A stretch of DNA of 33,835 nucleotides from an uncultured Anaerolineales bacterium (GTDB taxonomy: Bacteria > Chloroflexota > Anaerolineae > UBA1429): positions 1-33,835 of the forward strand of contig CAYOBT010000001.1 of assembly GCA_964402205.1 (NCBI GenBank). The letters are read 5' to 3'. Numbering within the stretch: the stretch's first letter is position 1; each line of letters starts with the position of its first letter. The notes under the pieces were generated by a model. That model saw only the letters and a list, made by a program, of their open reading frames with translations, was not told where the DNA came from and did not search any database. Below are positions 1 to 8,187 of this stretch, piece after piece. The translations under genes and the position numbers were made by a program.

Positions 1-1107
1 GGCGATACAGCGTGCTGCGGCCAAGGCCGTCTCCTGGTTGCGCCCACCCTTGCCGGCCCCCTTCACTGTGACGGTCGTCTCGCCACCGAGAATCAGGCAA
101 GCCGGTGTCGCTATAGGACCCCCGCGCTGCACCAGCTCCTCTGCAAAGGCCGCGAGCACTTGAGCGACTTCGCGTGCCTCTCCCTGCAGAAAAGTGGTCA
201 GAACCAGCGCGTTGAATCCCTCGTCTTCCGCCGCCGCCGCCGCCGCATCGGCAGCCAGCGCATTGCTCGCAACCACGATATGGTGGACCGTCTCAGCCGC
301 TGGATCGCCAGGCTTGAGGGTCTCGGTCAGCTCTCCCCTCAAACCAGCCTGCAGCGTTCTCTTGACCGATGACGGCACCGCCGCTTCCAAGCCATAGCGC
401 TCTAGCACTCCCCACGCATCGGCGTACGTGGTTGTGTCAGGCACAGTCGGCCCAGAGGCGATAACGTCCAGGGGATCACCCACCACATCAGAAAGGATGA
501 GCGACGCCACTTGCGCTGGAAAGGCCAGCCGCGCGAGCCCGCCGCCCTTTAGCCGCTCCAGATGTTTCCGAACGGCGTTGATCTCGTTGATACTCGCGCC
601 GACGCGCAACAGTGCATCGGTCGTGCTCTGCAAGTCGGCAAGCGCAAGGCCCTCCACGGGATACGTCGCCAGCGCAGAGCCCCCGCCGGAGATCAGGCAG
701 AGCACCAGATCGTCGGCACGCAGCCTCGAGATCAGGCTCTCGATGCGTCTGGCGCCCTCGAGCCCATGACGGTCGGGGATCGGGTGTCCCGCTTCGACCA
801 GAGCCACATGCTCGGTCGGCAAGGCATGCTCGGCCTTGACGATCACCAGGCCATCACCGATGCGATCACCTAGGATCTCCTCAACAGCCCGCACCATGGG
901 AGCGCCGGCCTTGCCTGCCCCGACCACCACCAATCGCCCAACCCTAGAGAGGTCGTAGCTCCTTCCACCCACGGCCAACTGGTCACCCACGAGCCGCAAC
1001 TGGCGCCTGACCGCCTCGGCCGGATCGACCGCATCCAGCGCTTTCTGCATGATGACGTCCAGCGCCCGTCTCGCCCACTCGCGGCTAGGCACCGCTCCCT
1101 GGCTCAC
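1..1107 (-). CDS. glycerate 2-kinase (DUF4147/MOFRL family), C-terminus beyond window edge
   Basis: The minus frame is open from a GTG at 1107 (SD GGAAGGTGG upstream) to base 1. My translation is VSQGAVPSREWARRALDVIMQKALDAVDPAEAV...VVVGAGKAGAPMVRAVEEILG...LISGGGSAL...INAVRKHLERLKGG...ILGGETTVTVKGAGKGGRNQE, which is typical of TtuD/GckA-type glycerate kinases. It is absent from the ORF track because it runs off the window. Confidence 0.8.
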   Translation of the reverse strand, partial: MSQGAVPSREWARRALDVIMQKALDAVDPAEAVRRQLRLVGDQLAVGGRSYDLSRVGRLVVVGAGKAGAPMVRAVEEILGDRIGDGLVIVKAEHALPTEHVALVEAGHPIPDRHGLEGARRIESLISRLRADDLVLCLISGGGSALATYPVEGLALADLQSTTDALLRVGASINEINAVRKHLERLKGGGLARLAFPAQVASLILSDVVGDPLDVIASGPTVPDTTTYADAWGVLERYGLEAAVPSSVKRTLQAGLRGELTETLKPGDPAAETVHHIVVASNALAADAAAAAAEDEGFNALVLTTFLQGEAREVAQVLAAFAEELVQRGGPIATPACLILGGETTVTVKGAGKGGRNQETALAAARCIA

Positions 1108-1150
1108 CGTGATCCCCCACCTTCCACCGATGAACTAGCTCCTATGCGGA

Positions 1151-1175
1151 ACCAGGGCCCCCAATGGGGCCCTGG
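1151..1175 (-). terminator. GC-rich hairpin downstream of the HTH gene (putative terminator)
   Basis: ACCAGGGCCCC-aat-GGGGCCCTGGT forms a perfect 11-bp stem with a 3-nt loop, about 30 nt after the stop at 1206. There is no U-tract, so terminator function is inferred. Confidence 0.5.
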
Positions 1176-1205
1176 TATGCGTCACATGTCACGTGAACGT
1201 CAGCT

Positions 1206-1406
1206 TCACTCCTCGGTCATCAGCGCGTCTTCGCCGCGCAGATGCCTCTCGAGCCAGGTGTCCAGATCCGATCGGCGGAACCGCCAGGTCCTGCCGATCT
1301 TGATAGCCGGGATCTTGGCATCCTGAGCCCACGAGTAGATCGTGGACTCTTTGAGCTGCAAATAGTCCGCGACCTGCTTCACGTTCATCAGTCTCTCGTC
1401 CGTCAT
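1206..1406 (-). CDS. excisionase-family (MerR-superfamily) helix-turn-helix DNA-binding protein, 66 aa
   Basis: MTDERLMNVKQVADYLQLKESTIYSWAQDAKIPAIKIGRTWRFRRSDLDTWLE is the classic excisionase/XIS-type HTH pattern. ATG at 1406 is preceded by AAAGGGGGGAAC. The upstream part of the 141-aa ORF lies before the predicted promoter and looks non-coding. Confidence 0.75.
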   Translation of the reverse strand: MTDERLMNVKQVADYLQLKESTIYSWAQDAKIPAIKIGRTWRFRRSDLDTWLERHLRGEDALMTEE

Positions 1407-1535
1407 GTTCCCCCCTTTTGTGTGGACCTGAGGTCCCGAAAGCCTCCGTGGGATCAGCTCAACTGGCGAATACCACAGAGCCCCACGCCTCCCCCGACGC
1501 GCAGGCAGGACCAATAGTCCGAATCCCTTGCAGCT

Positions 1536-1564
1536 AGTGTAGCAAAAAGATCGCGAAAAGTCAA
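1536..1564 (-). promoter_or_regulatory. putative sigma-70-type promoter TTGACT-17-TACACT for the HTH gene
   Basis: Read on the minus strand: TTGACT (1564-1559), 17-nt spacer, TACACT (1541-1536). It sits in the least GC-rich intergenic stretch and implies a 5' UTR of about 120 nt. Confidence 0.4.
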
Positions 1565-1708
1565 GCCACAACATAGTTCGCCAAGGAACGCAAGGATAGC
1601 GAACCGTGAATGTGGAGCTACGCCTTGACAAAGACTGCTACAACTCGCCTCTGAAAGGGATCGTCAACGAAACGGCATCGTGACAGAATAGGAACGTCAC
1701 CCAGTAGC

Positions 1709-2791
1709 CTAGCCTAGCTCTGCCTCTTTGCCGCTCTGCGCCGATTCGTAGATGCCCTCAATGATCTGTACAACCGCGGCTGCTTCTTCCGGCCGCACCC
1801 GCGGCGCCTCGCCAGCCTCCAGCCTCTCTAGCCAGTCGGCGATGAGCATGTCGTGGCCCGTGCCGGTCACAGCCTCTGCTTCGCGCACCTCGAGCGGGCG
1901 CTCTGTGAAGCCATCCTCATCCTCGCCGTAGAATCGCAGCGCACCATCGGGGCCAAAGGCCGCTGGATTGAGATCCACGCCACCTTGGGTGCCAAAGACC
2001 TGGATGCGGTTGCCTTCCGAGCCATGGCAGGCCCATGAAGCTTCCACCGTCAATGTGATCCCGTTCTCAAAGCGCACAAAGGCGGTGGCAAAGTCGTCGA
2101 CGTCGAACCTGGCCGGCGGATCATAGTGATCGGCACCCCAACTGCCCAATCCCTTGGCCTGCGTGCCCAACACGCCATAGGTCGCGGCTAGCACAGACGT
2201 GGGGCGAGGATGCCCCATGAACCACAAGCCCAGGTCGAGCATGTGGCACCCGATATCCATCATCGCTCCACCGCCCGCGAGGTCGCCGTTGGTGAACCAG
2301 CTCCCATAGCCAGGGATGCCGCTTCGCCGCAGGTAACTCACCTTCACGTGGTAGATGTCCCCTAGCTCGCCCGAAGCGGCCAGATCCTTGATGCGCTCCA
2401 TCTCGGGGCGATGTCGCATCGTGTGGGCGATGGAAAGCCCCTTGCCGGCGTCCCTTGCCGCGTGCATCATGCTTGTAGCCTCTGCCATGGTAAGCGCCAT
2501 CGGCTTCTCGCAGAGCACGTTGGCCCCCGCCTCTAGCGCTGCCACGGTGATCTCTGCGTGCAGGGCATTGGGCGTACACACGCTGACCACGTCCAGGTCC
2601 TCGTTTTCCAGCATCTCCCGATAGTCCACATAGCTCGCGGGGATGCTAAACTCGGAGGCCACCTTCGCTGCTCGACCTTTGGCCACGTCTGCCACAGCCA
2701 CGACATCTGCCCCAGCGCTTCGGTAGCCGGGTAGATGGCCACGTGTACCGATGGCCCCAACGCCCACGATGCCAACCCGCCAGTCCCTCAT
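1709..2791 (-). CDS. Gfo/Idh/MocA family NAD(P)-dependent oxidoreductase
   Basis: N-terminal Rossmann motif VGIVGVGAIGTRGHLPGY, then the EKP motif (VLCEKPMALT) and a C-terminal alpha/beta domain typical of the family. SD GGAAGGAGGGG lies upstream of ATG 2791. Confidence 0.85.
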   Translation of the reverse strand: MRDWRVGIVGVGAIGTRGHLPGYRSAGADVVAVADVAKGRAAKVASEFSIPASYVDYREMLENEDLDVVSVCTPNALHAEITVAALEAGANVLCEKPMALTMAEATSMMHAARDAGKGLSIAHTMRHRPEMERIKDLAASGELGDIYHVKVSYLRRSGIPGYGSWFTNGDLAGGGAMMDIGCHMLDLGLWFMGHPRPTSVLAATYGVLGTQAKGLGSWGADHYDPPARFDVDDFATAFVRFENGITLTVEASWACHGSEGNRIQVFGTQGGVDLNPAAFGPDGALRFYGEDEDGFTERPLEVREAEAVTGTGHDMLIADWLERLEAGEAPRVRPEEAAAVVQIIEGIYESAQSGKEAELG

Positions 2792-2836
2792 GCTGCCCCT
2801 CCTTCCTCTCTCGCTATCCGTCCTTCGCTTTGCCTA

Positions 2837-3535
2837 TCAAGGCTCAGGGTCATACGGGCTGCCGAACCAGTAGCCCTGCCCATAGACCGTCCTGATATAC
2901 CTAGGATGCCTCGGATCAAACTCGAGCTTGCGTCGCAGATAGCCCACGTATAGCGAGAGCCGCTTCCCGTGGCTGTCTGGCGTTCCCTCGCCCCATACTA
3001 CGTCGATGGCTTGCTGATGGCTCACCACCCGGCCACGTCGCTCCACCAAGCACGTCAGCAACCGAAACTCGGTAGGCGATAGCTTCACCAGCTCGCCCTC
3101 GACCGTCACGCGACGCTCGGATAGATCGATGCTCAGCCGCTCGTCGACGTACCGGCCACATCCGCCTTCCGCATCGCCGAGGGTACGTCGCAACACTGCC
3201 ATAATACGCGCGCTGAGCTCAGCCAGGCTAAAGGGCTGCGTGATGACATCATCGGCTCCAGCACGCAACGCTCTGACCACCAGTGTGCCCGGATCGCCTC
3301 CCAAGAGCACGATGACAGGCAAAGGATGCTGCCCGCGGACCAACTGGCACATGCGGGTCAGCTCCCCATGCTCGCCCGTATCCGCTAGTAGCACCAGATC
3401 CGGCATTGCGTCCGCAATCAGGCATAGCCCATCATCGTCCATAGGCCCATCCGACACCTGGAAACCGTCACGCTTCAGGTGTCGGATGATGATACGCCGA
3501 GCGTTGTCCTTGCCACCCAAGACGAGCACATGCAT
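2837..3535 (-). CDS. OmpR/PhoB-family winged-helix regulator with degenerate (aspartate-less) receiver domain
   Basis: The C-terminus LSPTEFRLLTCLVERRGRVVSHQQAIDVVWG...YVGYLRRKLE...IRTVYGQGYWF is an OmpR/PhoB winged helix. The N-terminal receiver fold is present but its conserved residues are substituted (see finding). Confidence 0.85.
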   Translation of the reverse strand: MHVLVLGGKDNARRIIIRHLKRDGFQVSDGPMDDDGLCLIADAMPDLVLLADTGEHGELTRMCQLVRGQHPLPVIVLLGGDPGTLVVRALRAGADDVITQPFSLAELSARIMAVLRRTLGDAEGGCGRYVDERLSIDLSERRVTVEGELVKLSPTEFRLLTCLVERRGRVVSHQQAIDVVWGEGTPDSHGKRLSLYVGYLRRKLEFDPRHPRYIRTVYGQGYWFGSPYDPEP

Positions 3536-3541
3536 AGGCGC

Positions 3542-3569
3542 ATCATACCAGAACCCATGCGGCTGACAA
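3542..3569 (-). promoter_or_regulatory. putative promoter TTGTCA-16-TATGAT, 6 nt from the ATG (leaderless candidate)
   Basis: Minus strand reads ggcTTGTCAgccgcatgggttctggTATGATgcgcctATG. There is no SD between the -10 box and the start codon at 3535. Confidence 0.4.
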
Positions 3570-3581
3570 GCCTACGAGATG

Positions 3582-4499
3582 CTAAAGCAAGAAAGAAAGC
3601 AGCAAGCTCAACGAAATACTGCTGAGAAGCGTCGTGAGAAAGACCACGCTCGTGACATAGTCAGCATCCGCGTCGAACGTGATGGCCAACAGCGATGACG
3701 TCACCGCCGTTGGCATCGAACCCTGCAACACAGCCACTGACCTCGGCAGCCCCTTCAGCCCCACGAGAGGCGCAGCCCCCAACGCCACGAGTGTACCAAC
3801 CACCAGTCGTAGGAAGACGCCCACTCCGACCTGACCGTACCGGGCCGATAGCTTGGTCTGGGAGAGTTGCATCCCCAGCAAGAGCAGCATGACCGGCACA
3901 GATGCTTGCCCCATCAAACCGATCGGCTTGGCCAGCAGTGGCGGCACCGCGAAGCCCGTCCAGCGTACGAGCATTGCCAGCAGAAACGCGTAGGCGCCCG
4001 GAAGACGCGCCACCTGCCCAAGCGCTCGCCATCCATTGCCCTGATGGGCTCCCCTCGCTGCGAACCAAGCCGCCAACGAGTTGCACATCAGGTTGGACAT
4101 CACAAAGAACACCGCAGCATACTCGAGCCCCGCCTCACCCAGTGAGAACAAGACCACCGAGAGACCAAGATTGCCCGAGTTCAGAAATGCCGTGCTCAGC
4201 ACGAGGGCGTTCAACTGCTTGGAGGACCAACCCAGCAGCTTGGCCACCAGGATGGACACGCAGCACATCGCGATGGTGACCAACACGAGATGCGCCACCA
4301 GTCGCCAGAACTGATCCCCTTCCACCACAGAGCCCGCGATGGCATCGAACACAAGGCATGGCGCCAGAACATAGATCGCCAGCCGTGAAAGGCCACGCTT
4401 GTCAACGTGCAGAACGCGATCAGCTAGCACGCCGACGCCGATGACGGCAAACGCAGGCAGGATGTTCTCAACTAGAATGCGCCCAAAGACGGAGATCAC
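3582..4499 (-). CDS. AEC (auxin efflux carrier) family transporter
   Basis: Polytopic membrane protein starting VISVFGRILVENILPAFAVIGVGVLADR and ending ...TSVVFLTTLLSSISLSLLLSFLL, typical of AEC/membrane transport family proteins. I prefer the GTG at 4499 because the longer ORF (to 4580) would overlap the upstream TauE gene. Start is uncertain. Confidence 0.75.
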   Translation of the reverse strand: MISVFGRILVENILPAFAVIGVGVLADRVLHVDKRGLSRLAIYVLAPCLVFDAIAGSVVEGDQFWRLVAHLVLVTIAMCCVSILVAKLLGWSSKQLNALVLSTAFLNSGNLGLSVVLFSLGEAGLEYAAVFFVMSNLMCNSLAAWFAARGAHQGNGWRALGQVARLPGAYAFLLAMLVRWTGFAVPPLLAKPIGLMGQASVPVMLLLLGMQLSQTKLSARYGQVGVGVFLRLVVGTLVALGAAPLVGLKGLPRSVAVLQGSMPTAVTSSLLAITFDADADYVTSVVFLTTLLSSISLSLLLSFLL

Positions 4500-4527
4500 G
4501 ATGCTTCTGCCGAACCCTTTCCCATGC

Positions 4528-5229
4528 CTATGTTGCGACCAATCTGATGGCCAGCAGCACGAGCAGACCAGCCGTTGCATACTTGAAGGCCGTAGTGCTC
4601 AGCCGCTTGAAGACTCGGACGCCCACATAGGTGCCCACAAAAGATGGAAGCAGCAGGACCAATCCCAAGAGCGCAGAGTTGGTCGTCGCCACCCCCTGAA
4701 CAAACAGTACAATCAGCCGCCAAACCGCAATGACGGCGAAATAGCCCGACAGCACGGCCTTCATGGCGCTCTTGTCCCAGCCTCGGAGCAAACAGTAGAG
4801 AACGACCGGTGGCCCGCCCGAGGCCAACACGCCTCCGAGCAAACCTCCCAACATGCCCGCCACGACCGAGCCCGGATAGGGCTTGTCGGTAAGCACGGCC
4901 TTGGGCGACCAGAGCGCTACCACGCATCCTGCGAGGATGGCTGCCGCCAGCATCCACTCCAGCCACTGTGCATCGAGCGTCTGCAGAAGAAACACACCCA
5001 CCACCGCCATGGGTAGCGAGCTCAGAATCAAGGGCAGCGCGTCGTGCCAATTGAGGTCATGACGAACCGTCCACAGATTGTAGGAACACACGAACAACGC
5101 GATCACGTTGACCATCACGACGGCCTCGGGCAGCGAGCGCACGGTGGCCAGCGTCGCCACGGAGACTAGCCCAAAGCCAAAGCCAGAGACGCCCGTCACA
5201 AGGCCCGCCAGCAACACGATTCCTACCAT
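4528..5229 (-). CDS. TauE/SafE (DUF81) family sulfite/anion exporter
   Basis: MVGIVLLAGLVTGVSGFGFGLV... and the repeated GGLLGGVLASGGPPVV motif are typical of the TauE family. The internal ATG at 5229 is chosen over ORF start 5295 because the N-terminal extension is hydrophilic and non-family-like. Confidence 0.8.
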   Translation of the reverse strand: MVGIVLLAGLVTGVSGFGFGLVSVATLATVRSLPEAVVMVNVIALFVCSYNLWTVRHDLNWHDALPLILSSLPMAVVGVFLLQTLDAQWLEWMLAAAILAGCVVALWSPKAVLTDKPYPGSVVAGMLGGLLGGVLASGGPPVVLYCLLRGWDKSAMKAVLSGYFAVIAVWRLIVLFVQGVATTNSALLGLVLLLPSFVGTYVGVRVFKRLSTTAFKYATAGLLVLLAIRLVAT

Positions 5230-5288
5230 GACAGCTATCTCGTTCAAACGATGCGCCCGCCTCTCACTGCAAGCAGGTGCCAAGAAAC

Positions 5289-5317
5289 TTGACACCTGCT
5301 GCCTGCGACCATACCAT
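5289..5317 (+). promoter_or_regulatory. putative promoter TTGACA-17-TACCAT upstream of tyrS
   Basis: TTGACA at 5289-5294 and TACCAT at 5312-5317. The -35 box sits in the loop/right arm of an 8-bp inverted repeat, AGCAGGTG (5272-5279) / CACCTGCT (5293-5300). Confidence 0.4.
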
Positions 5318-5371
5318 CAAGTCTGGCATCCTACAGATCGATTCCTCGTGCGTCAAGTCGAGAGGACACCC

Positions 5372-6589
5372 ATGGCTAACGTGTTGGACGTGTTGAAAGA
5401 GCGCGGGTTCGTCGAGCAGGTCTCCGATGAGGAGGGGTTGTACCGAGCTCTGGAGCAGCCTATCACTTTCTACATCGGGTACGATCCAAGCGCGAGCAGC
5501 TTTCACTGTGGCAATCTGCTGACGATCATGGCAGCCGCTCACATGCAGCGGCACGGCCATCACCCGATCCTGATTGTGGGTGGCGGCACGGGCATGATTG
5601 GCGACCCTAGCGGCAAGACCGAGATGAGGCAGCTCCTCGACGAGGACCAGATCGCCAGCAACCTGGCTGACTTGCGTGAGCAGCTTGCACGTTTCATCGA
5701 CATGGATCGCGCGCTAATGCTCAACAACGCCGATTGGTTGCTCGATCTGCGCTACATTCCGTTCCTACGCGACATCGGACGACACTTTTCCGTGAACCGC
5801 ATGCTGGCGGCGGAGGCCTATCGTAGCCGCATGGAGACAGGCCTGAGCTTCTTGGAGTTCAACTACCAACTCCTACAGGCCTATGACTTTCTTCATCTCT
5901 ATCGTGAATACGGATGCACGCTCCAGATGGGCGGCAATGACCAGTGGGGCAACATCCTAGCGGGAGTGGACTTGGTGCGGCGTATAGAAGACACCCAGGT
6001 CTACGGGCTCACGTTCCCGTTGCTGACGACGGCGTCCGGGGCCAAGATGGGCAAGACCGCGGCTGGCGCCATGTGGCTCGATGCAGATCTTCTTGCCCCC
6101 TATGACTTTTATCAGTATTGGGTGAATACGCACGATGACGATGTCGAGCGCTTCCTTAGGATCTACACCTTCCTGCCCCTTGAGGAGATACGAGAACTAG
6201 CCCAACTAGAAGGTGCCGAAATCCGCAGAGCAAAGGCGAGACTCGCCTTTGAGGTGACCCGGATGGTGCACGGGGAGCAAGCGGCTGCGGAAGCCCGTGA
6301 CGCGTCCGACGCTCTCTTTGCTCAAGGCGACGCCGCTGACGCCGTGCCCACAACTTCTGTCGATGCGGCAGATCTCTCCGAGGGTATACCGGTGACCGCG
6401 CTCTTTGAGCAGGTCGGGCTCACCGACTCGCGTAGCGCGGCAAGGCGTTTGATCCAGCAAGGCGGCGCCTATGTGAACGACGAGCGTGTCACATCTGTGG
6501 ATGCCCTCGTCACGGCGGCCCACCTATGCGAAGGAGAGATACTACTTCGCGCGGGGAAGAAGCGCTATCGCCGCGTCACCACCGAATAG
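5372..6589 (+). CDS. tyrS: tyrosine--tRNA ligase
   Basis: MANVLDVLKERGFVEQVSDEEGL..., HIGH-type motif (YDPSASSFHCGNL), GGNDQWGNI, KMSKS-type motif (KMGKT) and a C-terminal S4-like domain (RRLIQQGGAYVNDERV). ATG at 5372 follows GAGAGGA. The upstream 88 codons of the ORF are rejected. Confidence 0.95.
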   Translation: MANVLDVLKERGFVEQVSDEEGLYRALEQPITFYIGYDPSASSFHCGNLLTIMAAAHMQRHGHHPILIVGGGTGMIGDPSGKTEMRQLLDEDQIASNLADLREQLARFIDMDRALMLNNADWLLDLRYIPFLRDIGRHFSVNRMLAAEAYRSRMETGLSFLEFNYQLLQAYDFLHLYREYGCTLQMGGNDQWGNILAGVDLVRRIEDTQVYGLTFPLLTTASGAKMGKTAAGAMWLDADLLAPYDFYQYWVNTHDDDVERFLRIYTFLPLEEIRELAQLEGAEIRRAKARLAFEVTRMVHGEQAAAEARDASDALFAQGDAADAVPTTSVDAADLSEGIPVTALFEQVGLTDSRSAARRLIQQGGAYVNDERVTSVDALVTAAHLCEGEILLRAGKKRYRRVTTE

Positions 6590-6632
6590 CAGCAGGTCCA
6601 GCGCCAGAGGGGCTGCCCGTGTTCACGGAACG

Positions 6633-6661
6633 TTGACGCATCGCCCGCTAGCGCCTATAAT
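6633..6661 (+). promoter_or_regulatory. putative consensus promoter TTGACG-17-TATAAT
   Basis: TTGACG at 6633-6638, exact 17-nt spacer, and a perfect TATAAT at 6656-6661, about 45 nt upstream of the membrane-protein start. Confidence 0.5.
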
Positions 6662-6706
6662 CGCCCCGTTGTGGGGTCGCAGTAACGTCACCAAGCGGAG
6701 GTGCCA

Positions 6707-7318
6707 GTGGCCGACGTCACCACCACGGTTGTGAGCGTGCCTGAGCGCATCCGGCAAGTGATCGCGTTCATCCTCACAATGGCTGCCCTCGTTCTCTATG
6801 TCGTCGTGCTTGGTGATGCTCTCCTGCGCACCTACCTCCTTGGCATGCCCGAGCTGCCGGTTGCTACCAGTCGCTTTGCCAGCCTCTTGTCCGGTCTGGT
6901 AGGAGCTGTCGTGACGGCGGGGTTCGCCCGTGCAAGCCGACCGTCCAGCGTGCCCGTTACCGCGCCACATCCCCTGGGTGGATGGGCACACACGGGCTGG
7001 AGCACCTTGCGCCCTCCTTCGCGTCCCCGTGCCAAACTATTGGGGATCGCAGAGATGTTGGGGTTGCATCCCACGGGGGTGGCACCGGCGCAAACGGCCA
7101 CGGATGAAGAGGAAACCAGCAGACGCCGCACCGTCGATGCCGCGACGGCACTGGCCCTAGCTTACTTTCTCATCTACTTTCTCGTGGGCCTCGCAGCCTT
7201 TGTGCTGACCTTTACTCGGCCCCAGGTTCCTGACCTCATCATGAACGCGGCCTGGATCTGGGTTGGCACCATCGTATCTTCCGGATACGCCTATCTCGGC
7301 CTCAGCCCGGACGCATAG
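6707..7318 (+). CDS. hypothetical integral membrane protein (about 4 TM, Pro/Arg-rich loop)
   Basis: ORF with hydrophobic segments (VIAFILTMAALVLYVVVLG, LLSGLVGAVVTAGF, ALALAYFLIYFLVGLAAFVLTF, AAWIWVGTIVSSGYAYLG). GTG at 6707 has GGAGG 5 nt upstream, whereas the track start 6701 directly abuts the SD. No family recognised. Confidence 0.6.
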   Translation: MADVTTTVVSVPERIRQVIAFILTMAALVLYVVVLGDALLRTYLLGMPELPVATSRFASLLSGLVGAVVTAGFARASRPSSVPVTAPHPLGGWAHTGWSTLRPPSRPRAKLLGIAEMLGLHPTGVAPAQTATDEEETSRRRTVDAATALALAYFLIYFLVGLAAFVLTFTRPQVPDLIMNAAWIWVGTIVSSGYAYLGLSPDA

Positions 7319-7343
7319 ACGTCACACCCGCTAGCACAGCCAC

Positions 7344-8051
7344 CTACACTCCGGCTGAATCGAGCTCGCGTTCCGGACGCTCGGCCCGCATGGTCAGCGC
7401 CCATAGCAGCAGCGGCGGTGCCCCCAAACAGGCGAGCCCCACCGTGAGCAGCGGGCCCCATGCTGAAGCGCGGACCGCGCCGCTGAGGCAAGCCAGCCCC
7501 CGCTCCCACGTGTAGCCGACCCTCAGCAGGATCTTTGTCAGCGCCAGCCAGTCACGCACCAGCTGAGCCTTCTCGTCGCCATAGGCCTCGTGAAGCTCAA
7601 ACAGCAGGTCATCGTCCAGGCGTCCAGCTTGCTCGCCGTAACGTTCTGCAAAGAGTAGAGCTTGCACCTGCCCTACCTCCGCTACGCCCATGTCGCCGGC
7701 GCCAAGCCGCTCGATCTCGGCTAGCTCTAGGCCCATCCAAGCGACGAAACGTTCCACGAGCGGCCACAGACACGAACACTGCGATGCTCGTGCCGCCATG
7801 AGCAAAAGCCGCGCCAGGAGATGTCGCTCGAAAACCAAGCCACGCCGCAGCCGCCAGAGCCTCCTTGGCGCATACCAGAACGCTGCCAGATCGCGCGCCA
7901 GCTCCGCCGGGTGCTGATAGGCCCTCGAGTGCAGATGCTCTCGTCCCTGACAGCGATGGCGCAGCCACTTTCTGCCAACGATCACGCCCCAGGCGGCAAC
8001 AGCTCCCAGCGCACCTCCGACCAGCACTCGCCATCCGCGCCGATGCGCCAT
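7344..8051 (-). CDS. hypothetical membrane-anchored protein
   Basis: N-terminal TM (VLVGGALGAVAAWGVIVG) and C-terminal TMs (WGPLLTVGLACLGAPPLLLWAL). SD GGGGGAGGTG lies before ATG 8051. The central helical region faintly resembles an AhpD/CMD-like fold (ARASQCSCLWPL...), which is weak inference only. Confidence 0.6.
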   Translation of the reverse strand: MAHRRGWRVLVGGALGAVAAWGVIVGRKWLRHRCQGREHLHSRAYQHPAELARDLAAFWYAPRRLWRLRRGLVFERHLLARLLLMAARASQCSCLWPLVERFVAWMGLELAEIERLGAGDMGVAEVGQVQALLFAERYGEQAGRLDDDLLFELHEAYGDEKAQLVRDWLALTKILLRVGYTWERGLACLSGAVRASAWGPLLTVGLACLGAPPLLLWALTMRAERPERELDSAGV

Positions 8052-8087
8052 GGGTCACCTCCCCCGCCAACTCTGCCGACTGCTGCG

Positions 8088-8116
8088 ATTCTAGGTGCCC
8101 GCTTGACGGTGGTCAA
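8088..8116 (-). promoter_or_regulatory. putative promoter TTGACC-17-TAGAAT for the 7344-8051 gene
   Basis: Minus strand reads gtggTTGACCaccgtcaagcgggcaccTAGAATcgcagc, about 35 nt upstream of ATG 8051. Confidence 0.45.
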
Positions 8117-8152
8117 CCACATCGCGAACCTACAAGGCAACGGCCACGCGAT

Positions 8153-8180
8153 TTGCCGATCCTGGCTCCTCCGCTAGACT
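8153..8180 (+). promoter_or_regulatory. putative promoter TTGCCG-16-TAGACT, 7 nt from the dus ATG (leaderless candidate)
   Basis: TTGCCG at 8153-8158, TAGACT at 8175-8180, then atccagt and ATG 8188. No SD is visible. Confidence 0.3.
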
Positions 8181-8187
8181 ATCCAGT

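Noticed and set aside
228-246. (GCC)n trinucleotide run
   Set aside because: It encodes a poly-Ala stretch (AAAAAA) inside the glycerate kinase gene. It is short and in frame, not a regulatory repeat.
160-873. Several plus-strand ORFs of 60-113 aa at the left edge
   Set aside because: They are antisense to the open minus-strand frame, which translates into a clear glycerate-kinase-like protein.
1407-1631. Upstream in-frame extension making the HTH gene 141 aa
   Set aside because: The extension starts upstream of the predicted promoter and has Cys/Trp/Arg-rich non-coding-like composition. An SD and ATG at 1406 give a typical 66-aa excisionase-type protein.
5108-5371. 88-codon N-terminal extension of the tyrS ORF
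   Set aside because: The extension overlaps the divergent TauE gene and the predicted promoter. The family-like N-terminus and SD are at ATG 5372.
5230-5371. Possible T-box leader upstream of tyrS
   Set aside because: The predicted leader is only about 50 nt, and I saw no T-box consensus or specifier/antiterminator architecture.
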